Shown: one piece after another, positions 13,711-26,190 of the stretch | Numbering within the stretch: the stretch's first letter is position 1 | How the letters are laid out: every line of letters starts with the position of its first letter | Assembly (NCBI GenBank): GCA_964016885.1 | Contig: OZ024743.1 | Location: forward strand, 249,426,001-249,490,000 | Length of the DNA: 64,000 bases | Direction: 5' to 3' | Origin: Eledone cirrhosa | Lineage: Eukaryota | The notes under the pieces: model-generated | The model's database searches: none | What the model saw: only the letters and a program-made list of their open reading frames with translations | What the model was told of the DNA's origin: nothing | Made by a program: the position numbers and the translations under genes

Positions 13711-13895
13711 GGGCGGTGGATTGGCAGTATTGGGAGAGGGTCGAACGCCATGCTTTCCAGCATAGTTATGTTCCTTTACGATCTGAGTTCAAATCCCGCC
13801 GAGGTTAACTTTGCCTTTCATCCTTACAGAGTCGATAAAATAAAGTACCAGTAATGCACTGGATAATTGCTGGCCTTGTGCCTAAAGTAGAAACA

Positions 13896-13910
<15 letters not shown>
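13711..13910 (+). mobile_element. tRNA-derived SINE (young subfamily)
   Basis: gggcggtggattggcagtattgg (A box), gttcaaatcc (B box), (ATT)n tail. Confidence 0.88.
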
Positions 13911-13940
<30 letters not shown>

Positions 13941-13944
<4 letters not shown>

Positions 13945-14716
13945 TAAAACATGTCTATAGAATCACAAGATAAAATATATACTATTTCCTCTCCCAATTA
14001 GCATAATTAACTATATAAAAAATCGAATAGACCAAGCTATAAGAATGAGGCTTCTATGAAGAAATCTCCGACAAATAACCGAAACTAGCGCTTCGCGTCG
14101 GCCGTAGCGGAATATTTATCGAATATTTCGTCAGCGTAATCGCCCAAATATAGTCAACTAAACAGAATTAGGTGTAAAATAAACTAGGAGAAAATAGAAT
14201 ACATTTAAATACCTCTACCATGGTTTCGTCTGTATTTTGAGTTTTCCAATAATTATGTAATAATTATATAAACTCGAGCACCGGATTCATCAGGAAGCTC
14301 GCTCTTATCTAGACACTAAATTTTCCAAAGTGATCGCGCCAAGAATTCATTTCAAAATGGCTAAAAATCGTGACGTAGTCGCGGTCAGGTTGGAAGGTGT
14401 GGTAGTGGCTTACGACTGGTGGCATTTTTGCTAGAAAGCACAGCACAATGCAGCCAAATTTGTATCTCAACCTAATGGGAGATTATTACATAGAAAAGTT
14501 TACATATATATATATACATACATATACATATACGTGTTTTGCAACTGGTCACTTTGTGGCTCAATGAAAAATTAATAAATTAAACAATCAGAGCTATATA
14601 TCATAAAACATGTCTATAGAATCACAAGATAAAATATATACTATTTCCTCTCCCAATTAGCATAATTAACTATATAAAAAATCGAATAGACCAGGCTATA
14701 AGAATGAGGCTTCTAT
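13941..14716 (-). mobile_element. Non-coding retrozyme/PLE-pLTR-like element: 659-bp unit plus 117-bp terminal direct repeat, in (TA)n
   Basis: 13941-14057 matches 14600-14716 with 1 mismatch. (TA)n on both sides, aaacaattatta duplicated at 13891 and 14729, internal hammerhead motif, no long ORF. Confidence 0.7.
14211..14298 (-). ncRNA. Type I hammerhead ribozyme motif with long stem II
   Basis: Minus strand gcttc-CTGATGA-(57-nt imperfect hairpin)-GAAA-c-catg-g-TA-gaggt. Stem I gcttc/gaggt, palindromic stem III accatggt, GUA cleavage triplet. First stem II pair is A-C. Confidence 0.65.
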
Positions 14717-14829
14717 ATATATATATATAAACAATTATTAATGCTATTGCTATTGTTATTCTTGTTCCTGTGGGTAATTATTTTTACATATATTTCATTA
14801 CTGCACTAGGGCTTGATGAACACAACCAC

Positions 14830-15910
14830 AAAGATATGGTCTGAACGTGGAAGAGTCGAACTCCCACCATCATCGCCTCCATCTCTCTCACACTACCCCA
14901 TCTCTCTGTATGGTGAGCAAATAGGATCCCACAGCCCCAGCGGACAGAATGGAGAAGGCATTTCCCTCAGAAGATGGCAAGGGAGATGCATTGGAAGAGC
15001 CATTCCAACTCGCGAGGCTCAGCGCCTACGGTGGTGAGAGGGAGGTAGCCCTAGGGCCAAGGACACCAGAAGTCTCCACTGCCAAGGGCACGACCGCGAA
15101 CCTGTCGAAGGGCGACCGGTACTTGGAGAGTTTGGCTTCCTCAGCCCGACGTGCAGCAGAACCTGGGTTAGTCGCAGACTGCACCAGGTTGCAGCTAGAG
15201 AAAGTGTCGCTGTAAGTGGCATCCCAGACGAGGGTCTGCCACTGCGGAACGGGAAGATAGTCATATCGTCTGGCCTTTTGTCATCCCCTCAGTCCAGCCC
15301 CACCAGCTCGAGCTGGGAGGGGAAGCCTGCAGCGTCCAAACCATGCTTTATGACCTCGTTGAGAGCACCATGGCGTGGAAGGCGGCTGGTACTGTGGCGA
15401 CAGGGAAGCGGATGGTGGCCAAAAGAGTCCATGATGGATCCACAGTGACATTTGTGTAGCTCGCAGATCCAGAGGCCAAGCTTCAAGGAAACGCCGATGT
15501 GTAAGCTGTGGTTATTCAGCTGTGTGCTAGTGGAGAAGAATGGCAAGGTATGGAACCAGGCATCACTGTGGCCATGCAAAAACAGGCAAGGCAGTGCTGG
15601 TCAAGGTGACGCGTAAGCCTGTCTGAGGCCAAGCTGCACTGGATGGCATCCCAAATACTTTGGGGGGGGACTTGTTGTCAACAGTGAGAGCAGGAGGAGG
15701 GATGTCTACTGGGTTAAGTCCCAGCCGGTTCCACATCTCACAGGCAGCCTCACATTCCCCGATCACAGAGAGTTCCATTGTTTTGGAGAACCCTGCTGAC
15801 GAGAACACGGCATGAGGTCACCAACGAAAGAAATGCCGGCAAAGCCAATGAGATCGGGGACCGGAGGCCAAGGCCACCATATCTGACAGATAAAGTGGCC
15901 TGTTGCAGAT
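14830..15910 (-). mobile_element. CRE-like (RLE-type) non-LTR retrotransposon 3' fragment
   Basis: QATLSVRYGGLGLR, zinc knuckle CHCG..DSFGHHPLPC..RH, KRPDD.T.FPF..G..L.WDAT nuclease core, FQCISLAIF.GNA end. Confidence 0.75.
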
Positions 15911-16109
15911 GTATATATGTGCGTAAGTTTAAAAAAATGTATGTGTAAATATATATATATTTGAGTAAATGCATATATAATATATATATATATCATCATC
16001 ATCATCGTTTAATGTCTATCTTCCACGCTAGCATGGGTTAGATGGTTTTGTTCTATTTGATGCAGGAATGGTCGGGAGACTGTATCTCGCTTGTATATAT
16101 ATATTTATA

Positions 16110-17170
16110 TATGAGCGAGACACGGCAAGCTATCTAAGAACATAGATTATATATGTGACCGATGCTCAGGTGCAATAAGTAGCAAGTGCCCACAGAATAC
16201 TAGCTCCTTCTACTGCCCAGATTATTCTATAGAAATAGTGGACACTTTCCGTTACCTGGGTGACAAAATCAGCAGTGGTGGAGGGTGTTCTGAAAGTACA
16301 GTAGCTAGAGTTAGAACGGGATGGAAAAAGTTCAGAGAGCTTATACCGCTGTTGGCCACAAAAGGTTTCTCTCTAAAAATGAAAGGCAGATTGTATGATG
16401 TCTGTATACGAACAGCAATGTTACATGGCAGTGAGACATGGGCATTGTGTGCAGAGGATCTGCACAGACTGGAGAGGAACGAAGCATGCATGCTCCGTTG
16501 GATGTGTAATACACGAATGGCTCAACATAAATGAACTAAGTGACAAATTAGGAATAAGAGGGATCAGATGCGCATGAAAGACGACAGCTGTATAAAACAG
16601 TGCAGGGTGATCAAAATTGATGGAAGTTACAGAGTAGGTTGACCTAGAAAAACCTGGGACGACATGATAAATTCCAATGTTGCACACTTGCACCTCTCTA
16701 AGACAATGTCACTGGGTTGAGATTTTTGGTGCCACGCAGTAATATAGAAGATCCGCCTTCCGTACATGCAAAGTTAACCTACAGTCAGTAGGCACCTCCA
16801 AACCAAACATACACCAAACCCACTACCCCTACTCCATCCTCCCACTCCCGCCAACACCACCCTTTCTCTATAAAGTTATGTTGATACCACAACATCCAGT
16901 CCAAACTAATGAGGTGTAGGTGTCACGACAAAAAAAAAAAAACACACAGTCCACGCTGTAATGTGGTCGTGCAGGTAACACAGTAAAAACCTCCCAGTCC
17001 ACACTGTAAATGTGGTTGGTGTTAGGAAGGGCACCCAGTCATAGAAAACCTGCCAGATAGTCCTATATGAGCGAGACACAGTCACCCGACTAATCTTGCC
17101 TCAAGTGGGACAACTCCCATCTAAACCATGCTAACGTGGAAGATAGACATTAAACGATGATGATGATGAT
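16110..17170 (+). mobile_element. RTE LINE 3' fragment (family B)
   Basis: DTFRYLGD, GWKKFREL, HGSETW, LERNEA motifs, 3' UTR and (GAT)n tail. Confidence 0.9.
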
Positions 17171-17684
17171 ATATATATATATATTTATATAGTGATGGAG
17201 CTTGACAGTAGAGGAAGACCACGAAAAACATTATAACCTTGAGTAAGGCATTTCATTTCTTATTGCTCAAGTTCACTCAGTTAAAAATAAGTATGAGCAA
17301 CAGTGATGAGCTGGTGCCCCCTCCTACACTCTCTGTTGTTTAACACCAAGAAGCTTCATTCAAACAATAACTCACCTATGTGAAGTAAAAAACAAAATGT
17401 TACTCAACAACTATTTGTATTACATGTCCATATCTATGAGATGAGATAGTGCCAATCAAAGGGTTGAGAGGACTCTTCAGTTCTGTAAAAAATATGACAA
17501 CCTTCCTTGTGCTGCTGCATGATAAAATACACTCGGTGCACTCTGTAGATGGAGAACATATGCGAGATGCAGCCCCCATCGACAACCAATGACCATCGAG
17601 TTCTTTTATTTTTCGTTTTCATTGTGTTCTTCTGCTTCTTCTTTGCCTCCCCTCCTCCTCCTCTATGGATTTGATGTACATAAT

Positions 17685-17872
17685 TGTTTCTACATTAGGC
17701 ACAAGGCCAGCAATTACCCAGTGCATTACTGGTACTTTATTTTATCGACCCCGTAAGTATGAAAGGCAAAGTCAACCTCGGCGGGATTTGAACTCAGATC
17801 GTAAAGGGACGTAACTATGCTGGAAAGCATGGCGTCCGACCCTCTACCGATACTGCCAATCCACCGCCATTT
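17685..17872 (-). mobile_element. tRNA-derived SINE (young) with 17-bp TSD
   Basis: gatttgatgtacataat at 17668-17684 and 17873-17889. Nearly identical to 62370-62550. Confidence 0.9.
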
Positions 17873-18014
17873 GATTTGATGTACATAATCCATGGTAACT
17901 AAGTTCATTGGTGTCAAGTTAGTTTCCCATCTATCTTAAGTCAAGCCAACAAATGCCATGTGGGTAAAGTTGGTGGCCAGAAACTGTAAGAAAGCCTATC
18001 ACATAACAGCACAG

Positions 18015-18245
18015 ACTTGTCTTGTACATTGCATATCTTTATTTCCTCTTCCCGTCAATTCTGTGTGCCAACACACTTCTCCTTGTCTTCCTCCTCTTTC
18101 AATCTTTTCTATATTTCATCTGCCTGTCACCCTCCTTGTGGATTGTCTCTGTTGACCACTGAGTATTGGTCTCTGTCCTCTGAGGCATTTTTGACCATCG
18201 CTGTCTTAACAGCTGTTCTAGTGATGAGTTTTCTCATGTTTATAT
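18015..18245. repeat. Unclassified dispersed repeat (second copy at ~42003-42240)
   Basis: Colinear similarity cttgtcttgtacattgc...gtcctctgaggc...atgagttttctcat; both copies end next to AT-rich/(TA) sequence. Confidence 0.7.
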
Positions 18246-19036
18246 GTATTAAAATACGCTCTCGCTTCATCTCGATCAGAAACAACAGTGTTTTTTCATT
18301 CACATATATATATATATATAAAAAACATCATCATTACTGTTTAACATCTATTTTCCATATTTTGCAATATATATATATCAGTTCTGTATGAGCAAGACAT
18401 GGTCACCTGACTGGGCATTGCCCACTACAGGACAACCCGTTTAACCCATGCTAGCATGGAAGAATGGATGTAAAACGGTGGTGATGATATATATATACAT
18501 AAATGATCTGAACCCAATCATCATCATCATTTTACGTCTATTTTCCATGAGGACATGTTAGACAGGTTGTCATAATCTAAGATTTCACAGGTTGGATGAC
18601 CACGTCTTGCTCATGCATTCTATTTTGATATAATTTCTATGTTTGGAAGACCTTCCTAATACCAACCACTTTACAAAAAGTGAATTTAGGTGCATTTCAT
18701 TATGCTTTCCACACTACCATCTTACAGGGTGTACCGGGTGCTATTTATTGTGGTACCAGCACTAACAATCTACTAAATGGACTGCATACATTGTATTGTG
18801 GTACCAGCACTATCAGCTAATCCATGCCATTGTGGAAAACAGATGTAAAATGATGATGATGATGAGGAGGATGAAGAAGAAGTAGAAAGCACTTGTCCAA
18901 GGTGTCATGCATTAAGATAGAATTTATAACCACACCACTGCAAAGTAAACTTTTTAAACAGAGCCATGTCTGCTCCTATGAAATAATTTAACAAATCTAG
19001 GCCAGCTCATTGATGGAATACATAAAAATATTTTAC

Positions 19037-19156
19037 CTCCCAAGAATCATAAGTTTTAAGATTTTTTGACATTTCTTGAGTGTTAAAATGATTTTTGAAT
19101 TTCCTATGTACTTCTGAGTACACTTTTATTTCATCAATAGCTGTAGCATTCTGAGC
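19037..19156 (-). CDS. CCDC162: CCDC162-like coding exon 9 (AQNATAIDEIKVYSEVHRKFKNHFNTQEMSKNLKTYDSWE)
   Basis: ttttctctttcaag acceptor (alternative cag 6 nt downstream), gtaaaa donor, phase 0 to 0. Confidence 0.72.
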
Positions 19157-21528
19157 CTTGAAAGAGAAAAATTTAAACAGAAAATTAAATGCCAATGATA
19201 ATTACCATATATACTCATGTACTTCCATTTTACATACACCATTAAAAATGCACCATGTATTTTGTATTGAGTTTTTTGTAGGTCTAATAGATATGCCATA
19301 TACGGATTTTTCATGTCCTATTTTAATGGAGATAGGTGAAACTTATGATTATATATGGTATGTTAAATTTGAGTCATTGTGTATCTTCTGGAATAAATAC
19401 CACAATCTACAAATGTTAGGCATTAAAATATCTCAAAATATTTCAAGGCAACTATATATTCTTCACATAACTAAAACTGGTTTCTTTAGAGAACTAGGAA
19501 GTAAGAAAATATCTGTCCTAACCAACTGTATCAAACACTAAACTATGCTTGACTCACAGTCTAGGAAAGCCTAAAATGGCTTTAACCCATTTGATACCAA
19601 ATCATCTAAAACAACCGCAGATTCCACAACACAAAACTATCTATTTTAAAATATTTATATTCATCTAAAAGTCTTCCATAATAATTTCATACAAGAATCT
19701 TTAAGTTATATTCTAAAAGTTAGTTATATAAATGTATTCCTCTAAATTCCTGATTAATTTGAAACTATTTGAAAATCATAGGGTAATGTCTTTCATGAGA
19801 CTTACTAAAACAAAAACCTAGATATGGGGAACACTAAAGTATTGAACACACCAACAAGTAAGATATCTTGAAGTCCCTGAATCTGCTACAAATAGCAGCT
19901 AAATTTTCCTAGAATTTCATCCTACCATCTTAAAAAATAAGGGGATGGCCATGACTACAGCACCTTTGATCATAGATCTGTGCAGTAAAGGTTAAACAAT
20001 AGAATATTGATTACATATCTGAGTTAGAGCACCCACTAAATATACTCACACCCCAGAACAGTATCCTAAAAGAGCGGTTCATCTTACAATTCGTTACCAA
20101 TCCGAGTCCGTCTCATGTCGCCTCTACTGACAAGGGCCAGTACTACCATTAAGGTTAAGTAGGTAACAGCCTACAGCACAGATGTCAGAATAGTGGATTA
20201 CTGATCCTTAAAGTTTTATAGAAATTTATATAATTAACATGAATATTCAATAATTTCCTGCAATCAATAAATAAATCACTTAACATCTTTGTCATGTAGC
20301 AACATTGTGGAAATATTCAAAATGGTGGAGAAGGTTGTATGGTGTTATAATGTGATTTAGCATGGACCATTTAGTAGAAAAATACAAGTAATTTTCTTAG
20401 TTTGGTCAGACCAAGCAGTGTCAAAAACAAGGTTTGTCAGTTTACTAAACTCTAGGTTGAGATTATTCTATTTGGGATAATGGATTGCATAACTAAGTGA
20501 AGGATCCAGAGTGTAGAGTACTAAATATCCAGGCACTGGTCCTGATATGAACACAAAATGGTTGAATGCTTAAGCTTGCTTTGCAATCATAAGGAGCTGG
20601 GTTCAATCCCACTGTATAGCATTTTGGACAAATGTCATTTATCATAGCTTTGGGTAGATCTGAAATTTGAGTGAAAGTGGGCACACAGAAACTGTTTGGA
20701 ATGCTATCAGATGGTCTATACCTGTAATTCAAAGGGCCAGCTTTGTCATACACAGTGTCATGCTGAATCATTCTGAGAATTATGTTATGGGTATACACAT
20801 GTGTGTAATGCCCAACCAATTAGATTTTAATTTCACAAACACTATTCTGCTGATCAAACAACTAGAACATTTGTTATTGAAACAGATAGAGGTCCATTCC
20901 ATTCCTACAGATTCTACAACAGTTTTGATTCTTCTGAACTACCTGATTCTCTTTTTCCCAACAAATCTATATGATATAGACATCACTCCTCTTCCCAACA
21001 ATCCAACTATAAAGTACTTTTCCTAATCCTTCCTTCTTATAATTCCATCATTATCAACATCATCATCACTACCACCACCACCACCACCACCATCATCATC
21101 ATCACCATCATCATCATCCATGGGTTGGATGGGTCTTTTCCAGCACAGCCTCCCTCCATATGTTGCATCCTTTTATTATTTCCTCTGTGGGGTCCAACAT
21201 TTTGAGATCCACTCTCATCACTTCTACCCAGATTTTCCTCTATTGCAGCTTCCTACTGACACTTCTTTACCAACAATCATCCTCCATGCACATCACATAA
21301 CCATACCAAGACAGTCATTTCTCTTGCACACAACAATTGGTTCTTTTTATACTTAATCTCTTTCTCAGCTTATCCATGCTCTGCTGTTCATGCACTTAAC
21401 ATGACACATCCATCGAAACATGCTCACTTCATTTTTTCCAAAAGATAATCCTCAAATTTATTCTATGCCTCTTCCACAAGCAATACAGTTTATTCAGAAT
21501 ACAGACAATTACAATACAAAAAACTTAC

Positions 21529-21641
21529 ATGAGGAATCTGATAAATATCTAAGAGTAACATCAAGTTTTCTTTGAAATCTTCTAACTTTAAAGAGTGTAT
21601 CGGCACACCAAGGTTTAAATCATTAGATGCACGACCTCCAT
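21529..21641 (-). CDS. CCDC162: CCDC162-like coding exon 8 (GGRASNDLNLGVPIHSLKLEDFKENLMLLLDIYQIPH)
   Basis: gttctag acceptor, gtaagt donor, phase 1 to 0. Confidence 0.78.
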
Positions 21642-21845
21642 CTAGAACATAGTAAAGATGAAAATACAAAAACTACAATATCATACATTATAGAATACTG
21701 TCAAAGCACTCAGTAAGGTGCATGCATGTATATAAGCAAGATGTAGGCTCCTGGACTACTGTGGGGTCAGTACTTCTGTTTTGAGTACCAACCCAGTCTG
21801 CTGATGATCCATCGAAACCTTGCCAGCAGGGAAAGCAGATGTTGA

Positions 21846-21883
<38 letters not shown>

Positions 21884-23277
21884 AATACCTGTGTCATAAA
21901 AAACAGTTTTATTCATTGAGAGAAATACCAGGTATAAGAGGAATCAGATAATGTGTGCAAGAGAAAAAATTGCACTAGTAGGGACACACATCATTGGGTG
22001 AAGAAGTGACAAGAGTTCCAAGTGGAAAGAAGACAGGACAATTTGGAAAGAAGTGATGAGAGCTGATCTCACATGCTGATGCCCATGGAGGAGATGATGA
22101 AAGAACACAACAAATGGAGAAAAGCTGTGTTGTAGTAGACTCTTCCAACTCTTGCAAACATGGAAAAGCAGGTATAAAAATGTTGAAAGTTTTGCTGTGT
22201 TGTTTACTACAAATATATATATACATAATATGATTTTTAACCAGCCATTCCAACTATTGTTACACATCTTACACCAATACACTTGATTCTGTTACTCTCA
22301 CACATCCTTTCCCTGTTTGCTATTCTGTTTTTCTATCACTGATTGTTATATTTTATTTCTCCTCCTGTCACTCACATACTCTCTATTTGTCCATTAACAG
22401 TCTCCTACTTTCACATTAGCTGTTTAATGTGATAGTGAACAAAAACACTAAACTCATTATTATATGTACATAGAAATACACAGAAAGAAAAAGAAAACAA
22501 CTTATGTTGCCAACAAAGATAACAGCACTTTGTTATCAATAATGATTGAAAGGATACATGAGAAGAAATGTGATCAATGACATTCCAGTCATGACCATCT
22601 CTGCTTTCTCTTAGACATCGCTTATAGCTATAACATTATCCAATATGTTCTTCTCATTTGAAGACAGTAGGATGTAATTTGAAGAAGATTTGATTGCCGT
22701 TTTTAGCAGTCTGAGCAACCACATGGGGGATCCATCTTTAGCCAAAAGATTTGTGTAAAACATGCATGATGCGACTTTATTTTTTAGGTCTGGAGGAAGA
22801 GGCAGTGCCCATAGCTTTCACAAGCCTTGCAAAACTGAAGAGAACAATGTCATTGATGTTCCACTTAGACTAGGTCCACTCCTTTTGTAAAGATATGAGC
22901 AGGAAGGGAGTTCTAGAAGGTTGACATTCTTGGCAGGAAGGACTCAAGGAAGGGGCAGAGGTTTGAAAACATGGATGATGAGAGGAGGAGAGATTAGTGT
23001 TTTGGGAATGCCTTACATGTAATAACGTTATTTCTGTTGCTTGAAATAAAGTTAATTTAGACTAAACAAAACATTTAGATAACCCAGCTAAGCAGAAAAG
23101 CTCCAATTTAATCAGTGATGACCAATCCAACCCATGCCAGCACAGAATAATGAGCGTTAAATGATGATGATGATGACAATGATGATGATGGTAATGATAA
23201 GAATGATGATAATAATGAAATAGCTTAGCATATAACAATATATCATTCACTATTATTAGACTTATAGCTCAACCTAC

Positions 23278-23482
23278 TCAGGAATCCATAAACCCTTGGC
23301 AGCAATGAATGTGGCAGTGAGAAACTTGATAGAAATTTTGTTTTACTTGTTTCATTTGAAGGATTTATGAGGTTTTTGATAAAGGTATCATCAATGTGAT
23401 CAGACTCAGAATTTTCTTTCAATTTCCCTTCCTCATATCGACAACCCAAAGTTCGAAGATTTTGTGTTAAAGTGTCTTCTTC
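23278..23482 (-). CDS. CCDC162: CCDC162-like coding exon 7 (EEDTLTQNLRTLGCRY...PRVYGFL)
   Basis: ttccag acceptor; donor gtaggt after 23278 (in-phase alternative gtgaat after 23251); phase 0 to 1. Confidence 0.68.
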
Positions 23483-23629
23483 CTGGAATATGAAAAGAAA
23501 TGTTATTTTAATACATAAAAAAAGTATATAATTAAGAAAAATTAAATACACATACAACAAAGCAATAATATCAGTATTAAAATTATCTGTAAATCACTAA
23601 ATCTGTCCCTAAATATACATAATTATCAT

Positions 23630-24420
23630 CATGAAACTCTGGACAAGGAGGAAGAGAAATTGGAGTCTTATAATATAAAAGACAACAGGAAACTGTTATA
23701 CAGCAAGCTATTGAGGGCTACAGACGAGATTTGTAGCTGGAGCAAGGTACCAGCCAGATTAAAGGTGAAATGGTAGTGGAACAGTACTGAAGATAGGGTC
23801 ATAATAGGTAAGGGACAGGCTTAAAAACTCTGGACAGCAGGGAGCAATACCATATAATTAAAAGAGAATCTAGATGTCAGGATATGAAGGTAGAGAAGGT
23901 AGCTGGTCATCAGGGATTCTTTCTGAGACAATTAAACTATCTGGTGGAGCAAGGTGCGGACTAGTCACTCACATAGTAAATCAGATAGCACAGGCAGGTG
24001 TCATGCCCAATGCTACATGGGCAAAGGCAATGCACTAGAGATCTGATATCAAATTGATGAGATGCAATTTGGCTTTCTGCCAGGAAAAAACACTACTGAT
24101 TCCATCCTCCTGATGAGACAACTACAGGAAATCTTCAGAATATTCACTAGAAGTAGAAGATACCTTTGGCTGTTTAGTTGACCTCATTATCAGTAGACGT
24201 GGATGTACTGAAAGTGTTGTAGCCAGAGTGAAAACAAAGTGAAATAAGTTCAGGGAGCTGTTATCTCTACAGGTATCAAAGAGCTTCTTCCTCAGAGTAA
24301 AGGGAAGATTATGTTCAAACTGCTTTGCTGTATGGTAGTGAGATGTAGGCTATAAATGCAGATTTGTGCCAACTGGAAATAAATAAAATATTCATGCACT
24401 ACTGAATCTGTGATGTTTAG
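23630..24420 (+). mobile_element. Highly degraded RTE LINE fragments
   Basis: Remnants of GVMP..G.GNAL, KLDEMQFGFLPGK.TTDSI, LVRQLQE and YGSEM. Confidence 0.7.
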
Positions 24421-24541
24421 TGTAAAACACACTCAGTAGCCCACTGGAGAGCAGTGATGAATAAACTATGACAACATGGGAGTGAAGAGAAAATCTATTA
24501 GATTCTGAAAGTAAAACAGATCAAATCTAAAAAAAATTTAC

Positions 24542-24613
24542 CTCACTGACGTTATCATCTTCATCAACCTTTATAAATTTGTCAGAGTGAAGAAAAGGTA
24601 ACCATTGAATCAA
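24542..24613 (-). CDS. CCDC162: CCDC162-like coding exon 6 (LIQWLPFLHSDKFIKVDEDDNVSE)
   Basis: tgtttcag acceptor, gtaaat donor, phase 0 to 0. Confidence 0.78.
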
Positions 24614-24929
24614 CTGAAACAAAAAATATTACATCACATTATATTGAATTTATTCGTAATCCATAATGGATTAACTCTACCACTCAAGTAGGCTGCAGTA
24701 GAATTTGAACTTAGAAAGCAGAAGGCTGGAACAAATATCACAAATCATCTCATCTGACATTAACAATTCTGTCAATCCAACATCCTGGATTGGGTAGCTG
24801 CATTTAAGTTTCATTTTAGTTATTTTTTCTACTACCTAATTATATATTTCTCATTATCTCTGACCATTGGTATATAGGTGGAAGAATATTTAATAATAAA
24901 ACGTTAAATATCCAAAGTATATTCAGATA

Positions 24930-26190
24930 TACATCATCATTGTTTTTACGTCCACTTTTCCATGCTTTCATGGCTTGGATGAGTCATTTTCAGCACAGAA
25001 TCTCTCTACTCATTGTGTTCCTTCAACACCTCCTCTGTGAGTTTCAACAATTTGAAGTCAGTTGACCACCTCCACCCAAGTCTTCCTTGGTCTACCTCTA
25101 CTGTCAACTTCAATAGCTTGTTCCTTTGTTGGTTAAGTTGGGGGACAGTCACTCTTCCTTCCATTCATTCTCTTTATATAAGAGGGGGTACTATGTTGTT
25201 TGCCAGTGAGTAGTCACACTGAGGCACCCTGCCATCTCATTTCTTGTATACAGAATACATCCACTTCTCTTCTCTCTAACAGTTCCACAATTTCACCTGA
25301 TTTACCTTTTAGGGTTCCAACATTGAGAGTGGCAGTCCTGTAATTTTAACTTGACAGTGGTAAGTTCCTTGAGTAGCAGTTCTTTATACTTGGACAGGAA
25401 AAAGGCTGTGCGATTGCTTGATGATGGTTGAGGGGTTCTCACACATGGCTACTCTGGTCATCCCACTACTATGCACACAGCACTAACATGACTCGCAATT
25501 AGTGTGAATCTTATTTGTTGTGCTTTCCACAATTTTGACAGGGTCTTTTCTGGATGGATGCCCTCCCTATCACCAACTACTTTACAGTGTGTACTGGGTG
25601 TATTATTTGTGCCACCAGCACTAGAAAGGTTGTCTTACTGTACTCAAGAGACCTCTCCACCCTATATCAGTTTTTATTCAGAGTCTCTATTCTCCTCGAC
25701 GGGTTGCCTACACTACAGCTTACAGAGTCTACGTTTGCCTCATGCAGTCATTTTTATTCAGAGTCAGTGCCCTCCTAGACGGGCTGCTGTCACTACAGTT
25801 TGTGGGGTCCACATCTGCCCTGTGCAGTCATTTTTAATCAGAGTCACAATCCTCTGAGACAGGTTGCCTTCACTACAGCTTACAGAATCCATGTCTGCCC
25901 TGTACAGTTGTTTTAACAACATGAAGGCAGCCCTCCTAGATGGGCTGCCTTACTATGACTTATGGTGTCCATGTCTGCCACGGGCAGTTGTTTTTTATTG
26001 CAGTCACTGTACTTCTAGACGGGCTGTCTTCCTTTATGGCTACAGGGTCCACGTCTGTGCCATGCTGTCGTTTTTAATTGGAGTATCTCCTATCCTAGAC
26101 AGTCTGCATTCTCAAAGGTTTACATATGCCACATGTAATCTTATTTTACTTGGAGCAACTGCTCTCCTAGACACATGTCTACACTAGGCA
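24930..26190 (-). mobile_element. Internally deleted (bipartite) RTE: 80-bp 5' monomer array, 5' UTR, ORF start, then 3' end
   Basis: Homologous to 36275-36900 (TATLNVGTL motif at ~25310-25340), joined to an RGRPRKTW-type 3' end and tail. 80-bp periodicity at 25671, 25751, 25831, 25911, 25991, 26071. Confidence 0.75.

Noticed and set aside
13711-13810. tRNA gene
   Set aside because: A/B boxes are present but there is no cloverleaf, and the head is fused to a multi-copy body and tail; it is a SINE.
21795-21835. CTGATGA..GAAA hammerhead look-alike
   Set aside because: No stem II pairing, no UH after a stem III, no stem I; it lies in an ordinary RTE-type tail.
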